NCBI RefSeq assembly: GCF_009914755.1 | Contig: NC_060942.1 | From: the human T2T-CHM13v2.0 reference genome, Homo sapiens | Reading direction: 5' to 3' (one strand) | Length of the DNA: 64,000 bases | Part shown: piece after piece, positions 43,208-57,045 of the stretch | Layout of the letters: every line of letters begins with the position of its first letter | Position numbering within the stretch: the first letter of the stretch is position 1 | Notes under the pieces: generated by a model | What the model was told of the DNA's origin: nothing | The model's database searches: none | The model's input: the letters and a program-made list of their open reading frames with translations, nothing else | Translations under genes and position numbers: made by a program

Positions 43208-43663
43208 TTTATTAATTTCCTAGGGCAGCTGTGACAAAGTACCATGAACTGGGATTAACCACCTGAAATGTATTCTGTCTTAGCTCTGGAGGCTGAACGT
43301 CTGCTCTCCAGGTGTCATCAGGGTTGGCTCCCTCTAAGTGCTGTGGGGGTTATCTGTTCCATGCCTCTCCCAACTTCCAGTGGTTTCCTCAGCAACTTTG
43401 GAGTTCCTTGGCTTGTAGAAGCATCACTCTGATCTTTGCCTTTATCTTCATGTGCTGCTGCCCTCCTCTGTGTGTTCTGTGTCTAAATGTCTCTTTTTTA
43501 TACGAACACCAGTTAGATTGGTTTAGGGCCAACCCTAATGATCTCATTTTAACGTGATTATTTCTGCCAACAGCCTATTTCCAATGAAATAAGGCTACAT
43601 TCTGAGGTCCTGAGGGACTGTAACGTATATTTTTTGGGAGATAACATAACTCAGCCTTTGATA
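43208..43663 (-). mobile_element. MLT1B-like MaLR LTR
   Basis: tttcctagggcagctgtgacaaagtacca...ttccttggcttgtagaagcatcactctgatct. Confidence 0.88.
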
Positions 43664-44550
43664 ATGAATGCTTACATAATGCTAAAGAGTAAGCGAAGAA
43701 AGGAACTGTCTTCAAAGATCAAGAGGAGACAGAAGTAGGGGTCACAGTCTAGTTTGGGTGCAGGGAACTGCCCTTCCAGAGGCACGGAAGCTGGAAATAT
43801 CCTAATACAACACACAAGCATCCAGCACATCATTTGCCTCATACATTTTCTCAATAAAAATCCATTTGTTTCTTTTTGTTTTTATTTCTTTACTTCCCTT
43901 CTCTTATTTTTCTATGGATCACACATATTCCATTCCTAGAATATAAAATCAAGGTGGAAAATAAGCTAATTTTTCTTATATTTTCTAAGCCACTTATCTA
44001 TTAATATTACTGCTGTTCCTCCAATATGTCTTTGTTCTGCCTCAATACAAAAATTGAAACTATATCTTACTATTTTGCTTTGAATTATTTCAGAATATTT
44101 TATATTTAATAGATTTTGATTTCAGAATATAAAACGTATAAAATGTCAATTATAAGTTTTGTCATTCATAAAATTCATTCATGCCTTTAGTATGAAGAGT
44201 ATAAAATCATTCCGTTGCTTTCTAACTTGAAATACTTTGTCATCTGTAGTACAACACACATGTCTTAACGTCAGAGCATTTCAGCCCTACTAAGCCACTC
44301 AAACCTGTACTGTACACAGCAATGCAGTTGTCTAAAGCTGTAATTCAACTTCATCACACTGCCACTATATAGCACATTTGTTCTAAATCATCTGCAGAAA
44401 AGTAGGTTTTAGGGAGGCATTTGGGAAAGAAAGTTCTTTTTAGAAAATTAGAAAAGTCTTCTAAATACTGTGATATTTGCGTAAATATTATCCGTCTATC
44501 TCAACCATTTTTAGAGGACAATTTTGAAATAAAATTTATTAAAATAACTT

Positions 44551-44630
44551 GCACCTATTTCTAAAAGCTTTATTTCTAAAAGCTTAAAAAGCCCCAATTT
44601 CTAAAAGCACCAATGTCTAAAAGCTTAAAA
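44551..44630. repeat. short imperfect tandem repeat of tttctaaaagc (4 copies)
   Basis: direct. Confidence 0.85.
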
Positions 44631-45257
44631 CCTGGAGAATTTTAAGTAACTTGTAGTGAAAGTTTTTAAAAGTTATAAAATATAGCCACATACTAATTGA
44701 TTTTGTTAGTTGTATTAGATAAGAAAAAAGGTTTTGTGGTTTTGTCCTCTATCTTTTCTAGCAAGTGTGCTTCTATTAGAATTATGTTGAGCAATCACTG
44801 AAAATTCCAGCTTTGCTGTCTTTCAGATATGCACCTAAGGTGGAATGTTAAAAATTAGTTCTAAAGGTTGAATAGAGGAAGGAATTCAATCAGACAATAA
44901 CGTTTTGCTATTAGTGGCTATTTGGCTTTCAACAAATCAAAATAGATCGTATAATATACAACAATTTACTGTGCACTTATGATGCTACTGAAGGGATCAA
45001 ATAGTAGAACACAAGTGACTTTGGGAACAGGAATATACAACTAAAGGCTGTTTTGATGATAAAACATCACCACTGCCCAAAGAAACCTTGCTCTCTTGGA
45101 TTCTGTTGAATAATCAGAGTTAATAACATAATGGTAGCCACAGCTGACTGGAAGTACTATTCAGGCTGATTACCTGTGAATGCTCAGGTGGCTTTAGTTT
45201 TCATCTATTGCCTCTTTTGGAATAGATGGTATGGGCAGGGTCTGGGTGGAGGGTGGG

Positions 45258-45800
45258 TACAAATGAAGTCCTTTTGTTACAAGTCTGACGATAAAAATAA
45301 AACTGATTCCTCTTAGGGAATGGTGGGGCGCTGACTAGGTGGAGTTTCCACCTTGTTACCATATCTGTGTGGGTTTTTTCTAGTTTCCTTCCACATTGCA
45401 AAGATGTGCACGTTAGGTTTGTAGGTTTGTCTGAATGGGCCCAGTGTGAGTGTGTGTGTGAGTCACCCTGCAAAGAGATGTGACGTCCTCTCCAGGGCAG
45501 GTTTCTACCTTGTGTCCTGAGCTGCCAGAATAGGCTCTGGCCACCCAAGACCCTGAACTGGAATAACTGGGTAAATAATTATCTTACTTGTGCATGTTTA
45601 TTTCAGTGTTTAATATTAGAAGTGTTTTGGTCCTTTATTTAGAAGTTTGGTGACGCTTTTATAGCCAGAAATATGCAATAGGAACTTAACTCCTGTTTAT
45701 ATTAATTAGCTGATGGTGAAATTGGTTTGATTATATGTCATTTTGCTAAAAGTTGCAGTTTTTAAGAAGCTATTCATGGCATTAAGTGAGGACTTAACTG
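45258..45800 (+). mobile_element. MER6A non-autonomous TcMar-Tigger DNA transposon
   Basis: gtggagttt...tgtgtgggtttt...ccacattgcaaagatgtgcacgttagg; right TIR ttaagtgaggacttaactg followed by TA. Confidence 0.85.
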
Positions 45801-47831
45801 TACACTGAGAATGGTACATGCTTGACCCTCTCACCTTCCAAAAATAGAACAGCCTCCCTAAAATAAAGCAACTTAGATAGACTGCATGATGATCAGAAAT
45901 GAGCTATCCCAAATGATATGTCTCTGATGCAAACATGAGGCTATCTTGTTACAAGGAAATCATGCTTAAATACTCCATGTGGTCCTCCTGTTCAGAGAGC
46001 AAGAGACCAGAGAAGAAGCTATAACCTACTGCTTTTTCAGCTACTGTAGATAAACTTGAATTATGGGCACAATCTCTGAGCCGTTAAAAAAATAATAATA
46101 AACAGGGAAGATCCAATAGCATAAGGAATGACTGCTGAGTAGAATAGCTCAGGTTGTAGGTAAAAATGGGGTCAGAAAATAATGGTGCTGCTACGAACGG
46201 CATGGTATGACAATATTGCACTCTAGAAAGAAAGGAGTATACCCTAACTCAGGTGATTGCTTCATAAAGGGTTCTCTGTATTCTCTGTATTTATATCCAT
46301 TTTGGATGAATTGAAGTGCAATGGTGCTGAAGGATACTAAAAAAAAAAAAGATTTTTTTTTTGCAAGATGCTGAAGGTGGTGAAAATTTGAAAATGCAGA
46401 GCTTAGTGCAATGACTGGCACATGGTCATGCTTAACTGATTGTTGTTAACAGTACCAATACAATGATACATGATTGTATTTACAGGGCAAAGTTGTTGCA
46501 TGGCTGAATTCATCATTAAAGTTAGAAATAGATCAATTCATTGAAAATGCAAGTAAACCAAACCATCTTCTCATTCATATGTCCTAGTTTGCTGTGAAAT
46601 AGTCAAAGTACTTGTATACAAATTGTTTAATCTCACTGTGTAAAATGCTCCCTAGTTTTTACCTGAAATACATGAGTATAGTAATATATATTATTTCTGT
46701 AGGATGTGTATAGTCTTTATAAATTATGCAAAATCTGTAGCTAGCTAGCTATATTTAGTATGTCAAATATAGATTTTCTTCAATTTCAGGTAATATACTT
46801 AAAAATAAATTCTATCAAACCTGTTACAGTAGGCTATGAAACATTAATTTTAATTCTCATCTTAGGTTGCAATATCTATTTTTAATGTTTATAATTAAAG
46901 AGATAAAAGGTAACTTTTAAAATGCAGAGTGATCGTCATTATTGCCATTTTCTCCATTTAAAATGATAATCATTTGTTTAATCAACATTAATCTTTAGAA
47001 TTTCCCTGATTAGTAATTGTTTTAAAAAAAATATTCTAAAGATGCATGCTTCGTCTCTAACCAGATGGCAAGAGAGGGGAATAAAATCTAATTATTATGT
47101 AACTTTATTTTAATATGCCTCTATTTTATTAAAGTAATAACACATTTTATTTATATGAATTATGCTCCTCTGCAAAGTTTATATATTCAAGGTTTTCTTA
47201 GGCATTAAGAGGTAAATGCCCACGTTAATATTATTTATTCATAATGGTTTTCCTTTATGTAAATACAATTAAAAAGATTTGTCACTGATTTGAACATTCT
47301 ACAAACACCTATAAGAAAAATATGTATTCATTATTAAACATATTCTTTACTGTAGTCTTCATAATTACAATACTTACAATGAATTCAAAGAAAAGAATTG
47401 ATCCTGTCTTCCATCACTCATTTCCAATCACTGGCCAAATTTACTTTCTCTCCTGGCCAGCATCCAGTTCTTTCCTAAGTCTGCTCATATATTGTCCTTG
47501 AGTTGCAATATCTAAAATTGCTATAGTCACTTCAGATGCCTGAACTCTAATAACGTTTACTCTACTCTTTATCTCTGTATTTTGACCATAAGCCTTATTA
47601 GTGATTTCAATCTTTTAAACTTTCTAAGCCAAAGTAATTCTTTTTCCCTTTTTTTAACCTTCCTATGGGAGCAATAATTTCCTATTTCATAATTTTATGC
47701 TAGTTTTATATTATTATGTATTTATTCTTCTCTAATATACTTTGAAGCACTGATTTTGGATGAAATTAAATTTGATCTTTATGTATTGTCATTTGAATAG
47801 TGAAAGTTGGTATCATTTGTTGCTCTCTTTC

Positions 47832-48121
47832 TATTTTTTTTGAGATGGAGTCTCGCTCTGTCGCCCAGGCTGGAGCGCAGTGGCGCATCTCGGCTCACTG
47901 CAAGCTCCGCCTCCCGGGTTCACACCATTCTCCTGCCTCAGCCTCCTGAGTAGCTGGGACTGCAGGCGCCCGCCACGACGCCCGGCTAATTTTTTGTGTT
48001 TTTAGTAGAGACGGGGTTTCACTGCGTTAGCCAGGATGGTCTCGATCTCCTGACCTCGTGATCCGCCCGCCTCGGCCTCCCAAAGTGTTGGGATTACAGG
48101 CGTGAGCCTCCACGCCCGGCC
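47832..48121 (-). mobile_element. AluY
   Basis: CpG-rich, Y diagnostics, TSD tgctctctttc. Confidence 0.97.
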
Positions 48122-48753
48122 GGTGCTCTCTTTCAAGACTTAATTTCTTTCAACTACAAATATTGTTTTTCTCCACTCTAGTTCCATTTAAAATATTCTA
48201 CATGGAGTATGTTTATGCTCCTCTTTGTAGGTGAATATACTTTGTTTGCTTTTAAATGCAGCCTCCTGAAATCCATAAGACTGACTGCAATTCTTTCTAA
48301 AAAGGCATCACTAAAAATCCAGTATCTTCTAATGAAAAACATTTCCTACACCTTTGTTTTCACGGAACTTGTATCACCAATTATATCACAGTTTTTTCAG
48401 CCAATACTATTGTTTTGTTTTACATAAACTGTATACCAGAAATATGAGATATAGAAAAATAATAATTTTGAAAGACATGCCATTGAATTGTGGTTGGACA
48501 GTTCATCTAGTTCAAATACAAAGCATCCATTATTTGAACACAATGCTTAAAAAATATTTTACTGAGAACTAGGAGACTGTTTGTTCCTTATAGAAAGAGG
48601 TTATTATTAATATCCTTTTTTCTCTAAAGAATATAATATAATGAATGAATATGAGTAAGTACTACAGTGCAAAATGAAAAGACACTGCCTAAGAGAACAT
48701 CTTGTAATCACTCAATCTATGATATTTTTGTTATCTTTCCTACATTACACAGG

Positions 48754-48773
48754 GTGTGTGTGTGTGTGTGTGT
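48754..48773. repeat. (GT)10
   Basis: direct. Confidence 0.95.
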
Positions 48774-51700
48774 CTGTATAAAATGTCATGGATTCATATT
48801 AAATTAATCTGGCAGACTAATTTGTTGGGGGACTATTTTCTTGACCAGGTTTTCAATATATTTGTAGAACATAAAATATACCTATGTATATACACACATT
48901 TCTATATATTTGATATATTTTGCTAAATAGATTTTAGGTAAATCCTAAAAGAAGATAGAAATGTATTTTCCTCCACATTCTGTCCAGTCCTGGCTGGTTG
49001 GACAGTTCTCAAGTCTGTTAACATTCAAGCCCTTCCATCCGTTGAGTCTTCATCCTCAGGTTCTTGTGGTCTCTGTGTGTTCAAAGCTGGTTGCTCTGAG
49101 ACCTGAAACCCTGAAATTCTGTGTTGTAAACACTGAGGCCACATTTGGATGAAGGAAGTCCCATTAGAGGAGGAGAAGTCAATGAAAATCTAGCCCCATT
49201 CCACATTAACCTGAATGGGAAGAAAACCTTATCTTTGAAATTTATTTTTTCCCAAAGCTTTTATTTTAAAAGTAATATTCTGCTTTAAAACAGTTTCCAA
49301 ACAAGTAAAATAGATTATTATCTACTTCAAATACAAAGCACCCATTATTTGAACACAATGAATGAGTCTTCAGAAGAGGAGTGTTTTGATTGGACTGAGA
49401 GGAACAAGAGAGGCTTTTATGATTGGAGGTAAAGTCCTGATCTAGGAGGTGCTGCTCTCTGCTAGATGTGGTCCAGGAGGGCAGGGAAAGAAGTTGAATT
49501 TGAGGATTTGTACGCCAGAGGTATCAGCAGGATTTTGTTGAAAAGCCATATTTCTCCATGTCTTCCCCATTCAGACGGGAGTCTTGAGTAACGTGGGGAG
49601 CCCGGATGACAACTCAGTGCCTGGGTGAACCAGACCTGGCAACAGAGCGGTGCAGAGACCTAGGCATGTTGGAGTTGAACATGAAGGTCCAAAAAACACC
49701 TTTTTGATTTATACCATATGATAATATCAGATTCTTTGAAAGTTGTGGCTCTCGAACATTGACTTCTCAGTATGAAAGCACAAAGTAATTTGGATGCTTT
49801 CAAATGTTTGAAGGTTTCAAAGAATCTGGAAATTTTCAGATTCTTCCAATTCAGTATTTATAACATATCCTTCTGTTTCCTAGTTTGGAAACAGAATTCC
49901 TAATTCTTCCCCACTGAAAATTTAAGGAAGGTAGGAAAAGAGAAAAGAGGAAGAGGCAAAACATACTTGCTTCTACCAAAAGTCAAAAACATGTATTATT
50001 TAAGTAATTTCTAAATTATTAGATATTTCGATCCCATATTCTCTCTTACATTACTTGTTACTCTCAAGAAAATGAACTATTATATATAAAAATGTGCAGT
50101 TAACATTTCACCAGGTAATACATTTCTCTTCAACAGCTGTTCCTTTAAATATCTGACGTTAAGGATGGGATTGGGGATGGGCAACATATAGGAACGTTCT
50201 CAGGCAAATAGTGATCAAAACGACACCTTGATTATGGATAGAGCTTTTACAGAACTTGTCTTTGGTGGGCACGATAACAAATTTAGCCACCAAGCACTGG
50301 TATTGCTGAAATCTTGCTGTCTGGCCCCTATAGGCAGAGCAAGTGCCTTATACAGGCAGCTAGCTCCTAGAAAGAAAAATAAAAAAAAAAAAAAAAAGAG
50401 GGACTGAAATGAGCATGTTCAATTTCTTTACGCAAATTCTTCAATCTCATCAGCCGAACTAGTCGCTTTTTGTATCCTATGCAGGAATGAGATGCCAGAG
50501 AGGGACTGGGATTCTTAATTTAGCCGAAGATTCCTCCACATCGAAGGAAACATCAGGAATATGAAGTATATATTCTTCTGCTATGGTTTATGGTCTAAAT
50601 TATTTAATCAACAGAAATTTCATGTGATTGCCATTGTTTCATGAGGAAACGTCGGTTTCATTAATGAAAGGAAAGTCTTTTTCAGCTATTTGAGTTCATT
50701 GTGTAAAATCTTTCTTTTGGGAAAACATTCAGGGCTTGTAAAGTTGTTATAGCTTACAGTTATGTATGGAATTTCTTTTTTTATGGAAAAATGAATAATA
50801 TTTTTTCAGTGCAACTGTATTTTAGAAATATGAAAAGAATTGCTTTTTTTGTAAAACTTTAGGTTTTAAAATTATGCCATTAATTTTGAGGGAATTTCTT
50901 TTTTGCTTTAAATAATTGATCTCTAATGAATTATTTTTTAAATGAAATGATATTTTTAATCAAAAATGGAATAGATCTTTTACAAAACATGAAACAATAT
51001 AAAAAGGTTTTAAAAAACAAAATGAGTAGAAATATAACCATTTGGAGGTAACAGCTAACATTTTGCTTATATTAATATTTAAAAAAAAGAGAAAAGTTTC
51101 TTACCATCATCTTTTTTTAAAGCATCAACTTTTTTTTTTTTTAGAAAAAGCACATGATATGGAGTTATTGGTTATACTAGCAAAAAACTAATGACACCTG
51201 ATTTAACCATTTCTAGATCCTTGATGAAAAACGTGGAAATAATTCACAAATTAAAATTATGCAAAGTTTTGCCAGGCCTAAAAACCCAAAGAAGTGTTCC
51301 TGGTTTAGAGTTACATGATAATAGCTTATAGGATATGTTGGAAGCAAATTACAAGGTACTAGATATATAGTTACTAATTTAATTATATGCATGGCATTGA
51401 AATAAATGTAAATACTTTAGAATACACAAACATCAAGACTGTTTATTGAAGGGTGAACCTAAAGAAGCAATATATAAAGTTAACTTGAGGTCCTTCAGTA
51501 AGTAATTCCATTTTCTGGAATGGCACTGCTGACTAAAGATGTTCATATATTCGAGATTATAATGGTTTAAAAATAAAGTATTTTTTTCTACAATATGTCA
51601 TGCTTATGATTTTAAGTAAGTGAGGTTATATTTATTATTTATGATCCTTTATAGTATGTTAAAATGCTGCATATATTATTTCTATATGCATCTTTGGAAA

Positions 51701-52299
51701 GTTTATATATACAATTTTCCAGTAAAAAAATAAATACCGCCCTATTAAGTTAAGCCCACAATAATCTAAAACATCTGCCATTAGTGGTGCCTTGATTACT
51801 GTTTTTAATCAAAGATTCCCAAGCAGTATCATCAAGAGACGTAAACAAAGATACTGAATATAATCTCTCCACTCTTTTCTTTATGGTATGCATTAAAAAC
51901 AAGTGAGACAGCAGCTGATAGAAAATAATTTGAAACATTTCTCTGAATTGTCCTAGAAATATCACAACAGTTATTCTCATTGGTTTCTTCTCTAATTTGC
52001 AAATTATTCATAAATTTTATGGGGGGTGGCGTGCAGGCTTATTTTGCAAGCTAGCCATTAATGATTCGTCCTCATTCTGCTTACTCTTCCTTTCTCTGCG
52101 GCGCTTAATGATTATAGTCTGTTTCATCACATTGTAGCCTGACATTTTCCTTCCTTATGTTGCTGCTTTTGAAAACTGTAACTCCTCGCATTTATTTTAC
52201 TTATTTTTCAAGATAATTTCAGCAATATGGTTAGAAATCTATTAAATATTTATACAGAATATTAATTATTAATTTATGTTAAGCAAAATCAACTTAACA

Positions 52300-52600
52300 T
52301 TTCCTCTCTCCTCTGGCCTGATATGTTGGTTTTCCTCCTGGACAGTTCTATCCACTCTATATTTCCCCAGCTGGGCATGCTATCCACAATGATAACTCCC
52401 CCTGAAGTGATTACTGCGCCTCCTTAGCTTTTCGTCAAACCTATCTCGAGAACTTCAGAACTATATTTAAAGCTCCCCCTAGATCCCACAGGGACCTCAA
52501 ACTCAGCATAGCCACAAAGCATTGTCTTCAAGCCTGCACCCTCTAATTCTTTGTCTTGCCTTAAATCTGTAACACCCTCATGCCCTTCTCTGATGGTGTC
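52300..52600 (+). mobile_element. L2 fragment
   Basis: cccacagggacctcaaactcagcata resembles L2 ORF2. Confidence 0.55.
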
Positions 52601-55393
52601 ATTTTAGGTAGATGACCATTTCCTTCTTAGTAAAAGATAAAAACATAGATGCTAGAAGCAGTTGTGATTGGAGGACATTTCTGGAGGTTTTACTTTCTGT
52701 GGCTGTTATTGAGGTGCCAGCCTGGTTGCAGGGGTTGCTACTGAACTCAAGAGCTTGTATTCTAATGCCCCATAGGTCTCATTCTCTACCAGTAGCAGAC
52801 GTCACACTGATGTGTAGCCCCTTCACTCTGCTCTCCAAAAGAAGCAACATTTCCTGCTTGGAGAAAGATCGTTTTTAAGGAACATACAGCTTCTGAAAAA
52901 TTATCCCCGACATTTTGTGCCATTTTATTGTGTACCAGTCTTCTGATTTTTGTATTTTAGCATTTACTGGAGAGAGATTGTAATAAACAGCTGGTTTCAA
53001 ACAAAGCCCAAATGGCTACGTAGGCTTTGCCACATGGAAGGATTAGAAAAATATCTTAGAAGAGTTCATAGGGAACAGGGTTTGAAGAAAGTATTTGCAA
53101 AGTAACACGACCTCACCCATTTCTCTCTTCACTGCCAGTAAGAAGGGAGGTTGCTATTAATCCTTATTCACTCTAAAGATCATATTGTCTGTGAGAAGCA
53201 GAGTCTGGCATCATTATCTGCTGACTGCCAATACCTGTAAATGCACATACTCACCATGAGTGCAAAGTAAAACAGCACTGGGACATTGAGAGATTACATG
53301 GTGAGTAGGAAAAGGCAAATAACATTCCTTGCAGGTATTGATAGGCAGGTGAGGTCGCCATTTATATGCTGGACTCTAGAAAAATAAAGGCAAGTATGGG
53401 CTGGATGGTCATCTCATGATATATTTCATCTGATCAAGGCAACCACTGATTCGGACTATGAGAGGCAAATCGGTACACCTCTCAGGGTTGACTTTGACAA
53501 GGCACATGCTGAAGACCTGAAGTCTGCATCTAAGGTACGGTATGAGGAAGCCGCTGCTGTGTAGTTGCAGTACAGTGGAATTCAACAACTGCCTAGCGTT
53601 AGGGAGGGAAACAGCAACAGAGAAGGACATCACAAGCTGACCACTGAAGTGTGGTACCTAAAAGGGGGCATTAGTGAAAGTAAAGAGAAAGAGTAGAACA
53701 GAAGAAGGAAAGGAAGCACACCAGACTCCCCGAAACTCTGTAAATGCTTTTGAGGAGAGCGTTTTTTAACTTTTCACTCTTTAGCCCTTACTGGAGTTAC
53801 TACTTATGGTGGTTCTCATAATCCCTGGTCTTCAGAATACAAAGACAATGGATATTGGTAAGTAAGGCATTCAATGTCCTTCAAAGAATATCTCATAAAA
53901 GTTATTTACAGGGGAGATTTCTCCAGACAAAGCATCAGGTCTCACTTTGTAGGTGAAATTTTATTAGGTAAAATAGAATTTTCCAAAAAGTATGGCAGGC
54001 AAGGGAACAAAAGAAAGAGAAACTAGTGATTTTAAATTCCTCTCTACTTAATAACAGATTGTTTACTTCTTTTGGGGGCAGGTTCAGCTCATATGATGGC
54101 ACTGCTCTCAGTTTGGCTGCTGCCAGCCTCCTTTCCTAATCATGATAACTAAAAAGTTAGCTGTGACTGGCCACCAATATCTCCCTTGCAGGGTTTTTTT
54201 TTTTTTTTAACTGTGAGATATTAACCCAACAATTCAGAAATGCATTGCAGAAAGACGTGTAAGTGATAAAGAGGGCCTGCTTATTTTCTGATTATGATCT
54301 GCATGTCATCTGTTTCTGGAGAGGAACAAGATACAATACTGAGAAATGAAAGGTATTAAAATCTAAGTGACTCAAACTCTACACCCTTAGGTAATGTTGA
54401 TGAGAATAGTGACTTTATTTTCTGAGTTTATTTAGAGAGCTCTTACTAAGGGAGATATCCCTCTTTTTGTAGCAGTCAGTCCCACTATCAAAAATTAATT
54501 TTCATGCAACTCATTTCTTATTTGGATGTATAATTTCCTCTTGTTCTGCTTGTAGTGGAAGAACAAACCCGTTGGTCACCCTGTTTCCTTTGAAGGCCTC
54601 TCTTGTCACATGACTTTGCTGGATTCCCTCCACTAACAGCCTTGAGTACTCACTGCCCTACCCCTCAATGTCCTGTTCCCCTCCTCAACCCTGCCTTGAA
54701 GCTAGTTGCAAGTTCATTATTTTCTTCTATCTTATGGACTCTTGCATTGGTTGCTAAGTAACTTAGACATAAAACTGCTGCATATTTAGGTTCGGTGTAT
54801 AGATTATTATAGTAAGAATTTATAGCTATAGTCCTGCGACTACATTCTGACCTCGGGTTTGTTTTTCATACAGTCACACTTTTAACTTATACTATCCATC
54901 ACAGCTTACATACTTTTGCCATTCTACCTGAAATTTTATCTGGTAGAATAACAAGAAATCCAAATAAAGTACACTTTTTATCCAAAATGCGATGCATTAT
55001 TTTTCCTGCCTTTGAATTAAACTAATTGTTTAACACGACCACTTCTGTGAATAGTGAAAAGGGCTGTTTCATCACTCTCGAAGCAAAGCCCAAGTAGTAA
55101 AAACTAAAGGTACCATCTAAGATATCATCAAATCTCGTCTTCAGAGCTTGTCCTTAAGTGTTACCAATATTAACATTACAGGATTTACATTTTAATTTGA
55201 AGTTTTAATATTGGGCCATTTAAAAGCACAGAATGACTACCAGCTTAAGCATCCCAACATACTTCCTGCTTTTAAGTAACCTTGATAGCTGGAATAACTC
55301 CTGGAATTTAGAGAGGTGGATACTCTGAGTTCTGTTATTTTCTAATGGGAGTGTTTTTCTTTTAATTTATCCTTTTAAAAATCTGCAAGATAT

Positions 55394-55757
<364 letters not shown>

Positions 55758-57045
55758 TTAGTTCCTTTGCCAGAAATAAGTTGATTCCTTAGTCATTTAC
55801 GTGCATTGATTATAAGATAATAGCAAAACCATTTCTTACTTTGAACACTTTGTTGTCAGTAATTGTTATGTGTCGTATCTGAATAGTCTGAAAATAATTA
55901 GTTCTGTCAGAAGGGGCTCCTTCATACAGTCTTGCTTCCCACACCTGATGTATGAGAGGAGACAGGGGTTAAAGGAGACAACCAGCTTGGGTCTCTCTCA
56001 CATATTTTTGCTTCAGTTCTTCTTGGAGGCAGTAATCCATGCCCGCCTCTAGGTAACCAACCCCCAAAGAATGTATGTTATGCCTGGGATAACAGCAGGA
56101 CAAAATAACTCACTTTACTTCTTTTTGTATTAACTTATTTTGGGATTTTCCTATACCCTCCACACATATGGATAATATATTTCACTGGACATGTGTAATT
56201 TACTGAGCTTTGTTATTACTATGAAACCCAATTATTATAGAAAAAGAAAGATTGCTCCCATAAATACTCTCATGCTAACCTTATTTCAGACTAGCACTGC
56301 AGGTACTGTGCCAGGTATAATACGTTCTTGGTAGGTGCAAGGTAGGAGGAAATTTTTTCTGATGCGAGATGCTTACACGGCCAAAGAAATACAGGAAGCA
56401 GGTTGTGGCATTTTTGTGTTTGCTATTTCTTTTGATTTGTCTTACTAATGGTAGAGTAGTGAATAGATAATGAAAAGTTCGAGTAACAAGAATAGTTGCA
56501 TATTTATTAAATAGAAGAGTGGGTGTGGTGATTTAAAAATACCTGTTAAATATTGGGTTTTTGAAATCAGTAGTTTGAAGAGTCGTGCAACTAAGAAGAG
56601 CTGAAATGTGTAGTTACATTTATAAACAGAGATTGAAATACATTGTATGTTTAGAAGTATCTTAATCGATATTTTAAAATATGCTTTCTAAGTTTTGTAT
56701 TTGCTTGACTATGTTGTCCCACAGTCACACCGCATGTGTGGTTGTATAGATTGTTGAATCTTCCTGGAAATGTTTGAGTACTTTGTTCTTTATACTTTTA
56801 ATTGCAGCAATTTAAGTATGTATATTTTATACATAGCTGCTTTTTAATCGTATGTATTAATTGCAACAACTCAAGAATTAAATGTTCTGTAGGATTTAGA
56901 ATGTAACATATGTTCAAGAGGAACCAAAGGAACATAGAATCCTGCACGTATTTCCTCCAGCTTTTTATAAAGCAAAGCTTCAATTTTAGCAGTACTCATT
57001 GCCCTCTGGTTGCCTGTATGAAATTTCCTATAGTAGATAGTAGTG

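Noticed and set aside
44551-44630. tctaaaagc array as a CRISPR-like or binding-site array
   Set aside because: No unique spacers; local slippage explains it
48505-49360. 41-bp palindromic direct repeat as a CRISPR repeat
   Set aside because: Only two copies, 815 bp apart, in a mammalian context with no cas genes
50371-50398. Isolated A-tract as a retrocopy tail
   Set aside because: No TSD and no recognisable upstream retroposed body
51775-51790. CTCF-like site (minus strand ccactaatggcag)
   Set aside because: One base short in the core relative to CCACTAGATGGCAG
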